From a bacterium (GTDB lineage Bacteria; SM23-31), in the NCBI GenBank assembly GCA_965249485.1, contig OZ252239.1:1312001-1376000 (forward strand): 64,000 bases of DNA, written 5' to 3'. The notes below the pieces were generated by a model. The model saw only the letters and a program-made list of their open reading frames with translations, was not told the origin of the DNA and made no database searches. The translations under genes and the position numbers were made by a program. Within the stretch, counting starts at the first letter, position 1. Every line of letters begins with the position of its first letter. This document shows, piece after piece, positions 41,089-50,645 of the stretch.

Positions 41089-42570
41089 ATGACAAGTAAA
41101 AAAGCTGAACCACAAAGTGCTGATCCTGCTGTACAGGATTATGAACGAGCCATCGGGGCAAACAACTTCAAAAAAGCGCTTGAAATTACTCAAAAAAACA
41201 ACTTGGATGAAGCAAAAACTCAGCAGGCAGCTGAAGGTGAATATGCGTATCTCATGGAGCGAAAAGAATATCGAAATGCATTTGCATTCGGTGAAGAAAA
41301 CAATATTGCTCCTGAAAAAATCGGTGATTCAGCAGCAAAAGTGTTCCAGGATATGCTTGTCATGGGGAAGTATGATGAAGCCCGACGCATCTTTGAACAA
41401 TATGATATCGATACATCGCAGTTGATTACCGTTTTCATGGAAGCGTTCCAGAATATGGTGGTCGAAGGAAAAGTTGATAAGGCGCTCAATTTTATTGAAA
41501 GTTTTAATATTCCACCGGAAGATCTGAAAGATGGTCTGAAACAGGCATTCGGATTTCTACTCAGTAAGGACAAGTTCGATGATGCAAAGCAGCTCATGGA
41601 GCAGTTTAATCTCGATGAGAAAGATATTGAGTCACCGGTAAAAAGAGTCTATGACAGATTGATGACCAATAACCACTTTATAACCGCTGCCCATACTGCA
41701 AAATCGTTCAATATGTCGCAGGAAGCAGTCATTTTGGCCGGTTCCAAAGCGGTTGAAGAGTGTCTGGATCAAAACAAAATTGAAAATGCCGACGACCTGC
41801 GGAATAAATATGAAGTACCTGTTGAAAAAGTTGTAAAAGCAGCATTTAGTGCTTTTATAAGAGGTATTGAGAGAGGTGATATTCCCAATGCAACACTCGT
41901 TAAAAAGAGTTTTGAACTTTCTCCGAATCAGACCGCTCCTCATATTTTGAAAGTCTTCGTCAGACTCATGGAAGCAGAAAAATTGGATACGGCGATCGAG
42001 ATTAATAAAGAATATGATCTTCAACTTAAAGATATATTCAAACCGGTATTTATGCTTCTCATAAGTGATATGAAAAAAGGCCACTATAAACGGGCAACAC
42101 TGCTGATAAAAGAATTTTCTCTTCCTGAGGACAAAGTGGCTGAAGCGTGTCTGGCGTCTCTGAAGCAGAAAATGAGTGTATCAAATTATGAGGCGGCAAA
42201 AATCATTGCCGACACGTTTAAAATCAAAAAAGATGACTACATGCCGATTTTAGCGCAGTATATTAACGGATTTTGTGATAAATTTCAGTACGAAAAAGCC
42301 CTGTTTATTGCAAAAGAGTTCAAACTGAAAACACCCGAAGTTCAGAAAGCGGCATTCAAACAATTTGGCGTAAAACTCAAGGGTGGTTATTGCCGTGATG
42401 CAGTAAAATTGGTCAAGGAATTCAAACTTCCGAAAGAAGCTGTTCAAAAAAACGTGCTGCATTTGCTGGAAATTCTCGAAACTAAGAAAGAAGAGAAAAA
42501 AGTGGAGGCACTCAAATCGGCATTTGGCCTCCATAAAAAAGGGATGATCTCGAAGATCTTTGGAGTATAG
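41089..42570 (+). CDS. Alpha-solenoid protein of 14 tandem 34-aa repeats with MinD-like C-terminal membrane-targeting helix
   Basis: Exact 34-aa period across the protein; C-terminus KKGMISKIFGV. Confidence 0.85.
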   Translation: MTSKKAEPQSADPAVQDYERAIGANNFKKALEITQKNNLDEAKTQQAAEGEYAYLMERKEYRNAFAFGEENNIAPEKIGDSAAKVFQDMLVMGKYDEARRIFEQYDIDTSQLITVFMEAFQNMVVEGKVDKALNFIESFNIPPEDLKDGLKQAFGFLLSKDKFDDAKQLMEQFNLDEKDIESPVKRVYDRLMTNNHFITAAHTAKSFNMSQEAVILAGSKAVEECLDQNKIENADDLRNKYEVPVEKVVKAAFSAFIRGIERGDIPNATLVKKSFELSPNQTAPHILKVFVRLMEAEKLDTAIEINKEYDLQLKDIFKPVFMLLISDMKKGHYKRATLLIKEFSLPEDKVAEACLASLKQKMSVSNYEAAKIIADTFKIKKDDYMPILAQYINGFCDKFQYEKALFIAKEFKLKTPEVQKAAFKQFGVKLKGGYCRDAVKLVKEFKLPKEAVQKNVLHLLEILETKKEEKKVEALKSAFGLHKKGMISKIFGV

Positions 42571-42622
42571 TGCTTTTCAGCTTGAAAAGCGCACAATTAG
42601 TACTAAGTAATCAGCAAAAAAT

Positions 42623-42650
42623 AATGTCCCGCTAAGCCGGGGCATTTTTT
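42623..42650 (+). terminator. Intrinsic terminator (likely bidirectional)
   Basis: AATGTCCCG-ctaagc-CGGGGCATTTTTT with an A-tract upstream. Confidence 0.75.
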
Positions 42651-42709
42651 CATGTTTTCAATGATAGACATAGCCATAATGAAGATAAACATGATTGCAG
42701 ATATTACTA

Positions 42710-43655
42710 CTATGCACGCTTTATGCCGTACTTTTTGATTTTAAGCCTGATATTACCGTCGGTCATTTTAAGCTTCTGTGATGCCTGAGTCTGATTCCAG
42801 CCCGAGTCCTGTAACGCTTTCCTTATAAAATACTCGTCGACCTGCGCCAGTGCAGCGTGATAATCGAGTTCATCAAGGACTGAAAGAGGATTTTTCGAAA
42901 TAATATAGGGGAACACTTCTGTTGATAGTTCACTTTGTGGGGACATCTCAAGCATTGATTTAATTACATTTCTGAGTTCGGTTGTATTACCGGACCAGTC
43001 ATAGACTATCATAGATTGAAAAAGCTCATCTGAGACAGATGGAATATCGTCAAGATTGAGATTGTCCACCAAGATTGAGATTGTCCACAATGTTTCTCAA
43101 ATAATAGTCAAATAAAAGTGGTATATCGCTTTTTCTCTTACGGAGGGGTGCTATTTCAATTTCAAATTGATTGATGAGAGAAAACAGATGGTGGTTAAAT
43201 ACCGCAGAATCTCTCAATCCCGGATTATCGATATCAGCAATAATCCGGACTCCTTGTGGTTTTTTTTGCGGTGAATATTCATACACCCGTTTTGTAACCG
43301 TGAGAAGATTAAAGAGCTGTATCTGCCGGTGAGGAGGCAGATGGTCTGCTTTTTTTAGAAAAAGTGTTCCCTGCCAGGCACTATTAAAGATATTCTGAAA
43401 TTGTTCTTCCGACCCATGTTCATCTTCAAGACTTAATTGAGAACAATCCAGATCAATGAACACATCGTGTTTTCGGAGGCTTTTTCGGTGAATCTCAAAA
43501 GCGGCGGAATCTTTTTCGGTACCTTGTTCACCATATAATGTAACATGGAGTTTGGTTGGGGCTATTTTGCGGATCCGTCTGCGGACATCACGCGTCAATG
43601 GATGATTGCCGATTATTTTATGTTCATCGCGTGTCATAAGGGTACTTTTGAACAA
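42710..43655 (-). pseudogene. Degenerate sigma-54 enhancer-binding-like AAA+/Fis-HTH regulator, frameshifted by a 19-nt duplication
   Basis: GEQGTEKD, GTLFL, IAPLRKRKSDI, YDWSGNTTELRN, GWNQTQAS HTH; removing one 19-nt copy gives a single 308-aa ORF. Confidence 0.8.
43051..43088. repeat. Tandem duplication, 2 x 19 nt
   Basis: CAAGATTGAGATTGTCCAC at 43051-43069 and 43070-43088. Confidence 0.95.
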
Positions 43656-43754
43656 TAAGTTACGGATTCATTCGTATATTTCAAGTAAAAATGAAAATAT
43701 TATACGAAATTTAAATATTTTTATTTATTATTTGAGGAAAAATTCTCAAGTTTA

Positions 43755-44456
43755 TTGATGACATCAGCGATATCACAGAAATTGAATCGTGTCCGAAATG
43801 CGGTCATTGAATACATCTATCCCGATGTATGTTTTGTATGTAATAACTATGCGGAAATGGCTGCTATTTTAGTTTGTGGTAAATGCTGGGATAAGCTGTT
43901 GCGCAACAGTAAATATACAGTAACAGCCGGAGAAAAATACATTTCAGGTAAAAAACACTTCTCTTTTCTCGCCTGGAGGTTTTCATATAACGACAATGTC
44001 CGAAGACTCATTCATTTTTTTAAATTTGATAATTATCTGTTTCTGGCAGACCGAATCGGTGAAGAAATGGCGGATACCGCAAATCACATTCCTGGATTAC
44101 AGTTGGCAAACCTGATTGTTCCGGTACCTCTCCATCCTGCTCGTAAACGTGAACGTGGTTTCGATCAAAGCATGCTGCTTGCAGAGGTTGTTGCACGGAT
44201 TACAGAAATACCTCTTGAAGGAAGTCTGGAAAGAATAAAATATTCCCCTCCACAGGCCTCAATTAAAGAAAGCCGTGAGAAGGAAAGGAATGTCCGTGGA
44301 ATTATCAAAGAAAAACAAAATAATACCCTGAAAGGGAAGAGAGTCATACTCATCGATGATTTATTTACCACAGGTGCTACGGCGAATGAATGTAGCAAAA
44401 TACTAAAAAAAGCAGGCGCATCTGAAGTGATGGTTTTAACTGCAGCATATGCATAA
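43755..44456 (+). CDS. comF: ComF family protein (double zinc ribbon plus phosphoribosyltransferase-like domain)
   Basis: CxxC...CxxC, VPVPLH, RGFDQS, LIDDLFTTGAT. Confidence 0.9.
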   Translation: MMTSAISQKLNRVRNAVIEYIYPDVCFVCNNYAEMAAILVCGKCWDKLLRNSKYTVTAGEKYISGKKHFSFLAWRFSYNDNVRRLIHFFKFDNYLFLADRIGEEMADTANHIPGLQLANLIVPVPLHPARKRERGFDQSMLLAEVVARITEIPLEGSLERIKYSPPQASIKESREKERNVRGIIKEKQNNTLKGKRVILIDDLFTTGATANECSKILKKAGASEVMVLTAAYA

Positions 44457-44588
44457 TTGGATTAAAAATAGCAATCCTTAAATTTAGTGTTTTATAGTAC
44501 GAAATTACTATAAAACGCTATACATCGTAATAATTCAAATTGAATTAACTAGGATATGTGGAAATCTTGTAGTTAGAACAGGCAATGT

Positions 44589-44978
44589 TTAGGAATTTTC
44601 AGACTCTTTTGGTTCTTTGTGGGAAGCAAATTCTTCAATTTCTCTGATAAGATCGACGTTGCCAAGTGCACCTTCGTAGTTAAAAATTTCGCCTATGTGA
44701 ATATTGAAATCCTTCTGGTATAGGACCAAATCCTTCACCTGTTTCCGTGTGAGAACATTTAAATCAATAGCAATTTCACCAAATTTCTTGTTCGTATTTT
44801 CTTGCTGCTGGAGGATTTTCTGTACCTTTTGAGCCGTCAACATTTTCTGTTTTATTGCTAATTCTCCGATTTGTTTATTCGTTTCCTGCTGCACATGACG
44901 AGCAACCAGAATATCTTTTTCGGATACTAGGCCCTTCTTGCGCAGATACTCACCAAACAACATTGGTTTTCTCCCCAT
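44589..44978 (-). CDS. Small protein of four MshEN-like repeats
   Basis: FGEYL, IGELA, FGEIA, IGEIF at a 29-aa period. Confidence 0.7.
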   Translation of the reverse strand: MGRKPMLFGEYLRKKGLVSEKDILVARHVQQETNKQIGELAIKQKMLTAQKVQKILQQQENTNKKFGEIAIDLNVLTRKQVKDLVLYQKDFNIHIGEIFNYEGALGNVDLIREIEEFASHKEPKESENS

Positions 44979-45375
44979 AACAATCCAATCAAGGTTGAGT
45001 TATCTTTAATGTGTACTATACTCACATATGAGTAAGCATTGATGTATATAATAATAGAACGAAACGGAGAATTAGTCCGTTTTCATAAGATCAAATGTGT
45101 TGAGTAATTTATTAGGATGGTTGTCCTCGCCCAAACTTTGTTCAACAACAAAGGATTTGTAAAGAGGAAGACAGTTTCAAAGAAAGCAATATTTCTTTGA
45201 ATTGCAAGAATTATTTTACAGATTCAAGAAAATAATATGTTTCATGAAAAGATATACTTTTTTTCTTCTATTTTAATTTTATTTATTTATTTGTTTTATA
45301 TATTGACAACAGGCCAGTTTAGCCAGATATTACAACTTTTCAATTTTAATGTGGATGTTATACGAGTAATGCTTT

Positions 45376-45933
45376 ATGAAAAGAGAATTGACGAATAAAA
45401 GCAAAATTATATTTCTGACCGGATTTATGGGATCAGGAAAATCGACCATCGGCCCGCCGTTGGCAAAGGATTTAGGATTTGAATTTTTTGATATTGATAC
45501 AATTATCGAACAATCTGCCGGAAAGTCGATTCCCGAGATTTTCCAGCAAGAAGGCGAATCGTTTTTCAGGGTGCTTGAAAAACAGGTACTATCAGAGTGT
45601 GTTGATAAAGGTAATTGTGTTATTTCGCTTGGCGGGGGAACGCTGATTGATCCTGAGAATGTAGATATTGTAAAGCAAAGCGGATTGCTTATTTATCTTT
45701 CTACAAAGCCCAACAGCATCTGGGATAGGGTCAAAAAATCCAATATACGCCCGCTACTCCAAAAACCCGATGGCTCACTGCTCAGCGAAAGTGAAGCCCT
45801 TCATTTCATCGAACAACTACTTGCAATACGTCAAAAGGGATACAATAGTGCGGATGTTGCGATTCCTACTGATGATAAAAGTATTGACAATGTACTGCGA
45901 CAGCTTCACAACCATATTACAGACATAATGTAA
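45376..45933 (+). CDS. aroK: Shikimate kinase
   Basis: GFMGSGKST, GESFFR, SLGGG, RPLL. Confidence 0.95.
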   Translation: MKRELTNKSKIIFLTGFMGSGKSTIGPPLAKDLGFEFFDIDTIIEQSAGKSIPEIFQQEGESFFRVLEKQVLSECVDKGNCVISLGGGTLIDPENVDIVKQSGLLIYLSTKPNSIWDRVKKSNIRPLLQKPDGSLLSESEALHFIEQLLAIRQKGYNSADVAIPTDDKSIDNVLRQLHNHITDIM

Positions 45934-46128
45934 ACGGTATTATTCAATTCTTTTTATGGATTGATAGTACATTTTAGATAGATTGTTTATAGAGATATTC
46001 CTGCATTACACTAAATATTGGATTCAATTATAGTACTCTCTCAGAGTACTAACCTATCTATAAGATTGACTATTAGAGGTTCGTATGTACTTTCCATTCT
46101 TATAAGGCTGCAGAAAAGGCTGTTGCAC

Positions 46129-46419
46129 TATACCGCAATACAGGCTATTGATAATGCAGGACAGATTACCATTTCAACGTGGACTGAAAATGTATCTGTC
46201 TTCATCCGAATATCCGATAGTGGCAAAGGTATACCGCAGGATACTGTACCAATAATTTTCAATCCGGATTTTACACAATAAAGTGTCGGGGTCGGAATCG
46301 GTCTGGGACTTTTAATTGTTTACAATATAATTCAAAAACATAATGGTTCGATTCATTTTGAGAGCATTGTAGGGAAGGGAAGTGAATTTACTATTGCTCT
46401 ACCTTTTGAACCACGGTAA
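46129..46419 (+). pseudogene. Histidine kinase HATPase fragment with internal stop
   Basis: AIQAI...ISDSGKGIP...IFNPDFTQ*SVGVGIGLGL...HNGSI...GKGSEFTIALP; in-frame TAA at 46279-46281; no HisKA or sensor part. Confidence 0.8.
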
Positions 46420-46427
46420 ATGAAGTG

Positions 46428-46465
46428 AAAAAAAGTGCCGGATTAGTATCTCTGGCACTTTTTTT
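46428..46465. terminator. Bidirectional intrinsic terminator
   Basis: AAAAAAAGTGCCGGA...TCTGGCACTTTTTTT. Confidence 0.8.
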
Positions 46466-46505
46466 AACTTTAGCACGTTCTGCATGAATTGAACAAGAAT
46501 TGTAC

Positions 46506-47699
46506 TTAGGAAAGTTTTTTAAGACCTTCCTCAAAACGGTCTAGTCCAACTTTCAGTTCCTCGGTTCCAAGAGCATACGAAATTCGTACATGATCGTCGT
46601 TTCCGAATGCCACGCCGGGAACAGGTGAAATGAGCATCTCTTCGAGCATATAAGAGCAAAATGAGAGTGAATCGGTAATCTCGTAATCTTTGTGTTTTGT
46701 TCCGTAATATTCGGAAACTTTCGGGAAAATATAAAATGCACCTTTCGGATTGAATGTCTCGATATTGGGCATTCCCGAAATTCTGTTAAACGCAATATCA
46801 CGCCTTTCTGTAAAGACTTCAAAAATATTGCTCAACTCTTCTTTCGTTTTTGAAAGAGCCGTGACACCCGCGTACTGTGAAATACTTGATGCATTTGATG
46901 TGGAATGACTCTGGTATCGTGCCATCGCTCTGATTACCTCTTTCGGTCCGCCTGCATAGCCGATCCGCCATCCGGTCATGGCAAACGCCTTCGATAATCC
47001 GTTGATTGTAATGGTAATATCTCTAAATGCAGGGTCGAGCGATGCAATTGCATGTGCCACTTCACCGTCATAGATAAGGTACTCATACAACTCATCGGAC
47101 AAGATCGTAACACCGTTATCCAAACAGATATTTCCAATTTCAATCAGCAGTTCCTTGCTATACACTGTACCAGTTGGATTCGACGGTGAATTTAGAAAAA
47201 GCAGCTTTGTCTTCTCAGTGATAGCTCTCTTAAGAGTTTCCGGATTAATCAAGAATAAATCGTCCAGCGTGGTATCGAGATAAACCGGCACACCGTCTGC
47301 AAGTTCGACCATAGGGGGATACGACACCCAGTATGGTGTAGGTATGATTGCTTCGTCGCCGGGATTCAGGAGTGCAAGAACAGCATTGAATATCACGTGT
47401 TTCCCTCCCGAACTGACAATAATCTCATCCATAGAATAGTCAAGGTTGTTATCCCGCTTAAATTTTTGATGTATTGCATTTTTAAGTTCGATCGTTCCGT
47501 CAGCGGCAGTATACCGTGTTTGATTTGTATCAATAGCTTCCTTTCCTGCATCTTTTATGAAATCCGGTGTCGGGAAATCGGGTTGTCCTGCAGCAAGAAC
47601 AATAACATCTTTACCATCTCGTTTCATTGATTCGGCAAGAGCAGTGATCTGCATTGTAACCGAACCTTTCATAGTCTTAACTCGATTTGATAACTCCAT
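46506..47699 (-). CDS. aspC: Aspartate aminotransferase (class I/II PLP)
   Basis: GQPDFPTP, PYWVSY, NSPSNPTG, SKAFAMTGWRIGY. Confidence 0.9.
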   Translation of the reverse strand: MELSNRVKTMKGSVTMQITALAESMKRDGKDVIVLAAGQPDFPTPDFIKDAGKEAIDTNQTRYTAADGTIELKNAIHQKFKRDNNLDYSMDEIIVSSGGKHVIFNAVLALLNPGDEAIIPTPYWVSYPPMVELADGVPVYLDTTLDDLFLINPETLKRAITEKTKLLFLNSPSNPTGTVYSKELLIEIGNICLDNGVTILSDELYEYLIYDGEVAHAIASLDPAFRDITITINGLSKAFAMTGWRIGYAGGPKEVIRAMARYQSHSTSNASSISQYAGVTALSKTKEELSNIFEVFTERRDIAFNRISGMPNIETFNPKGAFYIFPKVSEYYGTKHKDYEITDSLSFCSYMLEEMLISPVPGVAFGNDDHVRISYALGTEELKVGLDRFEEGLKKLS

Positions 47700-47731
47700 A
47701 ATACTGTCTACCTTTCATTCAAAAATATCAA

Positions 47732-48214
47732 TTACATAGTACCAAATTTTTCTTTAAGGTGTTCTTCCACTAAGGGAGAGACAAAATTAGATACATCTCC
47801 TCCGAATCTTGCAATTTCACGAACAATTGTCGAGTTCAGATAGGTATACTTTTCATTCGGCATAAGAAAAACAGTAACGATTTCATCTTTCAGCCGCCTA
47901 TTCATAAGTGCCATCTGCATTTCATACTCAAAATCTGTTACGGCACGCAGCCCCCGAATGATTGCCTGTGCACGTTTTTGCTCCGCATAGTCAACAAGAA
48001 GACCTGAAAATGCGTCAACTTCAACATGATTAATTTTCTTTGTTATATCACTTATATGTTTGATCCGCTCATCAACCGAAAAAAAGGGTGTTTTCGTAAC
48101 ATTTTCAGCTACAGCGACTATTACTTTGCCGAATATGTCCGCTGCACGCTCAATAATATCAAGATGGCCGTAGGTAATCGGATCAAAAGATCCGGGATAA
48201 ATTGCTGTTGTCAC
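47732..48214 (-). CDS. coaD: Phosphopantetheine adenylyltransferase
   Basis: YPGSFDPITYGHLD, IRGLRAVTDFEYE. Confidence 0.97.
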   Translation of the reverse strand: MTTAIYPGSFDPITYGHLDIIERAADIFGKVIVAVAENVTKTPFFSVDERIKHISDITKKINHVEVDAFSGLLVDYAEQKRAQAIIRGLRAVTDFEYEMQMALMNRRLKDEIVTVFLMPNEKYTYLNSTIVREIARFGGDVSNFVSPLVEEHLKEKFGTM

Positions 48215-48762
48215 AAGTTCCTTCTTTCAAAAATTGTGATACGCGTATCTCCAAAACGTTTTTCCTTCAGTGGTGCTAATGGTATCTCATCAATTGCAAC
48301 TGCACTATGTATCCCCGACTCAAGGATGAAAACACCGTTATCATCCAGCACTGTACTATTTGCAATTGCACGCATCAGTGAATCATGTTCGCCGTAATCA
48401 TACGGCGGATCAGCATGAATAATATGAAACCTGTATTTTTTTGGATGTCTGCGGCGAAGAAATATCAGAGCATCTTCCCTTACAATCTGAAATGACTGAT
48501 CGCAGCCGAGGGGCCGTAGATTGTTTCTTATGAGCTTACCTGTATTCGTGTCAACCAGAACTGCGAATTGGGATCCTCTGCTAACAGCTTCAATGCCCAT
48601 CACACCGGTTCCTGCAAATAGATCAAGAAAATGTGCTCCACTTATATATGGTTCAAGGAATTGAAATATCCACTCACGAGTTTTGTTAGTTGTTGGTCGG
48701 ATAGAGTACCGAGTTTTTCCCGAAACGTGAATTCCCTTAAATCGTCCTGCTTGCACTCTCAT
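48211..48762 (-). CDS. rsmD: 16S rRNA m2G966 methyltransferase
   Basis: IRPT, LDLFAGTG, EAVSRG, DPPY; usual position next to coaD. Confidence 0.92.
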   Translation of the reverse strand: MRVQAGRFKGIHVSGKTRYSIRPTTNKTREWIFQFLEPYISGAHFLDLFAGTGVMGIEAVSRGSQFAVLVDTNTGKLIRNNLRPLGCDQSFQIVREDALIFLRRRHPKKYRFHIIHADPPYDYGEHDSLMRAIANSTVLDDNGVFILESGIHSAVAIDEIPLAPLKEKRFGDTRITIFERRNL

Positions 48763-48769
48763 TACTTCG

Positions 48770-49663
48770 TCACATTAGTATCTCAAAATGGAAATTCAAA
48801 ACCGAAGATTCTCCGTTTAGGTTTCTATGCAAACCAGAACTTGAAATCTTTGTAATATTAAGGTTTAACCGTTTCGTCCGAATTGAATCCAGATAACGGA
48901 GAATATTTGTTTCAGTGCCCTGAAGTTTAATCCATATCGGTAGGAGGGATATATTATCACGGACGGTAGGTACTGTATTGCCGCGTTCGCTGATGGTTAC
49001 ATTACTCTCTTGAGATATGGCATTTAGAGCGGAAAGATTAGCGTCAGGTGTTGAATATGAATAGTCAGGTGATGGGGAAACATCTGTCATGCTCATATCG
49101 TTTTTTCTGTTCCCCCAGATTTGCAGGGTCGACTCCATCGGCCTGAAATCAAACGTATAGCCCGGTAATGCATTGGATATCGTAGACTGAAGCTCAACCA
49201 AAACATCCGCATCTACTTCTATTAATTCGGCAACAATTCCATTTCTGCTGATAACAATTATATTATAGTCAGTCGTTTGCGGAAGTGCATGTATTAGGGT
49301 GGTAAATGCTTCAATGTGCGTTATACTTAATCCATAATCCCATGGAAGTTCTACTGGTTTCGGCTCCGGTTCCTGTACTGGTTCTGGTTCCTGGATAATC
49401 GGTTGTTCCTGCTGGGTGGCTAACGGCCGCTCCGCAAGCGCTCTTTTTAAGCTGTCGAGACGTGCCTGCTGTGTATTAACTGAGGGAGCAGGCGAGGTAT
49501 ACATCATTCCGACAATTGTATCGCCAAAAATCCAAAACAGGCCCAGGAGTAAAACTGCGCTTCCGCCGAAAATCCCGGCTTTCGTTCGGCTGAGCTGACT
49601 CAGAATCGACGGACCTTCGGGCTTTGTTTTTGGTTTCTTTCCTAGAAGATTTATATCTATCAT
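48770..49663 (-). CDS. PilN/PilO-like bitopic membrane protein
   Basis: N-terminal INLL motif (PilM-binding motif of PilN), one TM, Pro-rich linker, directly after a pilM-like gene. Confidence 0.5.
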   Translation of the reverse strand: MIDINLLGKKPKTKPEGPSILSQLSRTKAGIFGGSAVLLLGLFWIFGDTIVGMMYTSPAPSVNTQQARLDSLKRALAERPLATQQEQPIIQEPEPVQEPEPKPVELPWDYGLSITHIEAFTTLIHALPQTTDYNIIVISRNGIVAELIEVDADVLVELQSTISNALPGYTFDFRPMESTLQIWGNRKNDMSMTDVSPSPDYSYSTPDANLSALNAISQESNVTISERGNTVPTVRDNISLLPIWIKLQGTETNILRYLDSIRTKRLNLNITKISSSGLHRNLNGESSVLNFHFEILM

Positions 49664-49691
49664 ATTATGAAAATGTATGTGCTGTCATACG

Positions 49692-50639
49692 CTAATGTAC
49701 GGTCAATCCAAGCGCCTCTACATACTGCGAATTATCCGCCGAATAGTCTATCTGGTCATGAAGCTTTGGATCGAGTCTGACTTTTTCAAATGGGTTGAAG
49801 AGGGTGTATGTCTGTTCTGCGGATTCAATTATAGGTGTAATATCGTGCTTTGTGTTTGTCCGGTACAAATAAACATGGTCAAAGTCATTCTTATCGGTAC
49901 TAAGCTCATAGTCACTGAACAGCGTCTGCAAAGTAAGTGAAATAAGCTCTTGAACCGAATTAATAAAATCACTTTGAACAGAATTATCAAGGAATAGGTG
50001 ATGATGACCTATGAAAAAATTTCCCTCTAAAAGAGAGAATACAAGTTTCCGCTCTCCAATTTCAACGAGAGCAATTTTTTCACGAGGATGAAATTTGTAA
50101 TTCGCTTCGAATGCATTTACTGCCGAAAGAACATCAACATTGATAAACTCTAAATCCAATCCTGCATGTCTGCTCATTTCCTGAAAAAACGAGACCACTT
50201 TTTTTCGTGTTCCGACAAGCACTAATTCGGGATATTTTACGGAAGGAGATTTGATAAGCTTATACGAATCGAAGGTATAATTTTCGATATCATCATCGAT
50301 GTATTGTTGTAGTTCCCAAGCAAGATGATCAATTAATTCCTTATCTGACAACTCCTTGCTAAAGGGTATTTTAACAATATTTCCAATTCCGAGATCTACT
50401 GAAAGGGCGAGTTTTTTTGTGCTGATGTCATTAAGACTGATTATCTCTTTCAGCTCAGAGCCAATCATCTCCGCACCAGAATCCTGGGTAAACATATCGA
50501 TGCTGAACGAAAGGTCGCTTGATACATCAAGCAGCTCAGTAACTTTGAAATTCTTGGCAGCCTCTTCTGTTTCGATCAGATAGAGATCTTCAGATCCAAA
50601 ACTCAATCCGAGATTGCGGTTCTTACTTATCTTCGCCAT
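49692..50639 (-). CDS. Type IV pilus assembly PilM-like protein
   Basis: LGLSFG, WELQQYI, AGL...INVDVLSAVNAF, ALVEIG, C-terminal NPF...EALGL. Confidence 0.7.
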   Translation of the reverse strand: MAKISKNRNLGLSFGSEDLYLIETEEAAKNFKVTELLDVSSDLSFSIDMFTQDSGAEMIGSELKEIISLNDISTKKLALSVDLGIGNIVKIPFSKELSDKELIDHLAWELQQYIDDDIENYTFDSYKLIKSPSVKYPELVLVGTRKKVVSFFQEMSRHAGLDLEFINVDVLSAVNAFEANYKFHPREKIALVEIGERKLVFSLLEGNFFIGHHHLFLDNSVQSDFINSVQELISLTLQTLFSDYELSTDKNDFDHVYLYRTNTKHDITPIIESAEQTYTLFNPFEKVRLDPKLHDQIDYSADNSQYVEALGLTVH

Positions 50640-50645
50640 GAATAA

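Noticed and set aside
46018..46128. N-terminal part of the 87-aa ORF 46018..46281
   Set aside because: No protein-like similarity; only the downstream HATPase remnant is credible
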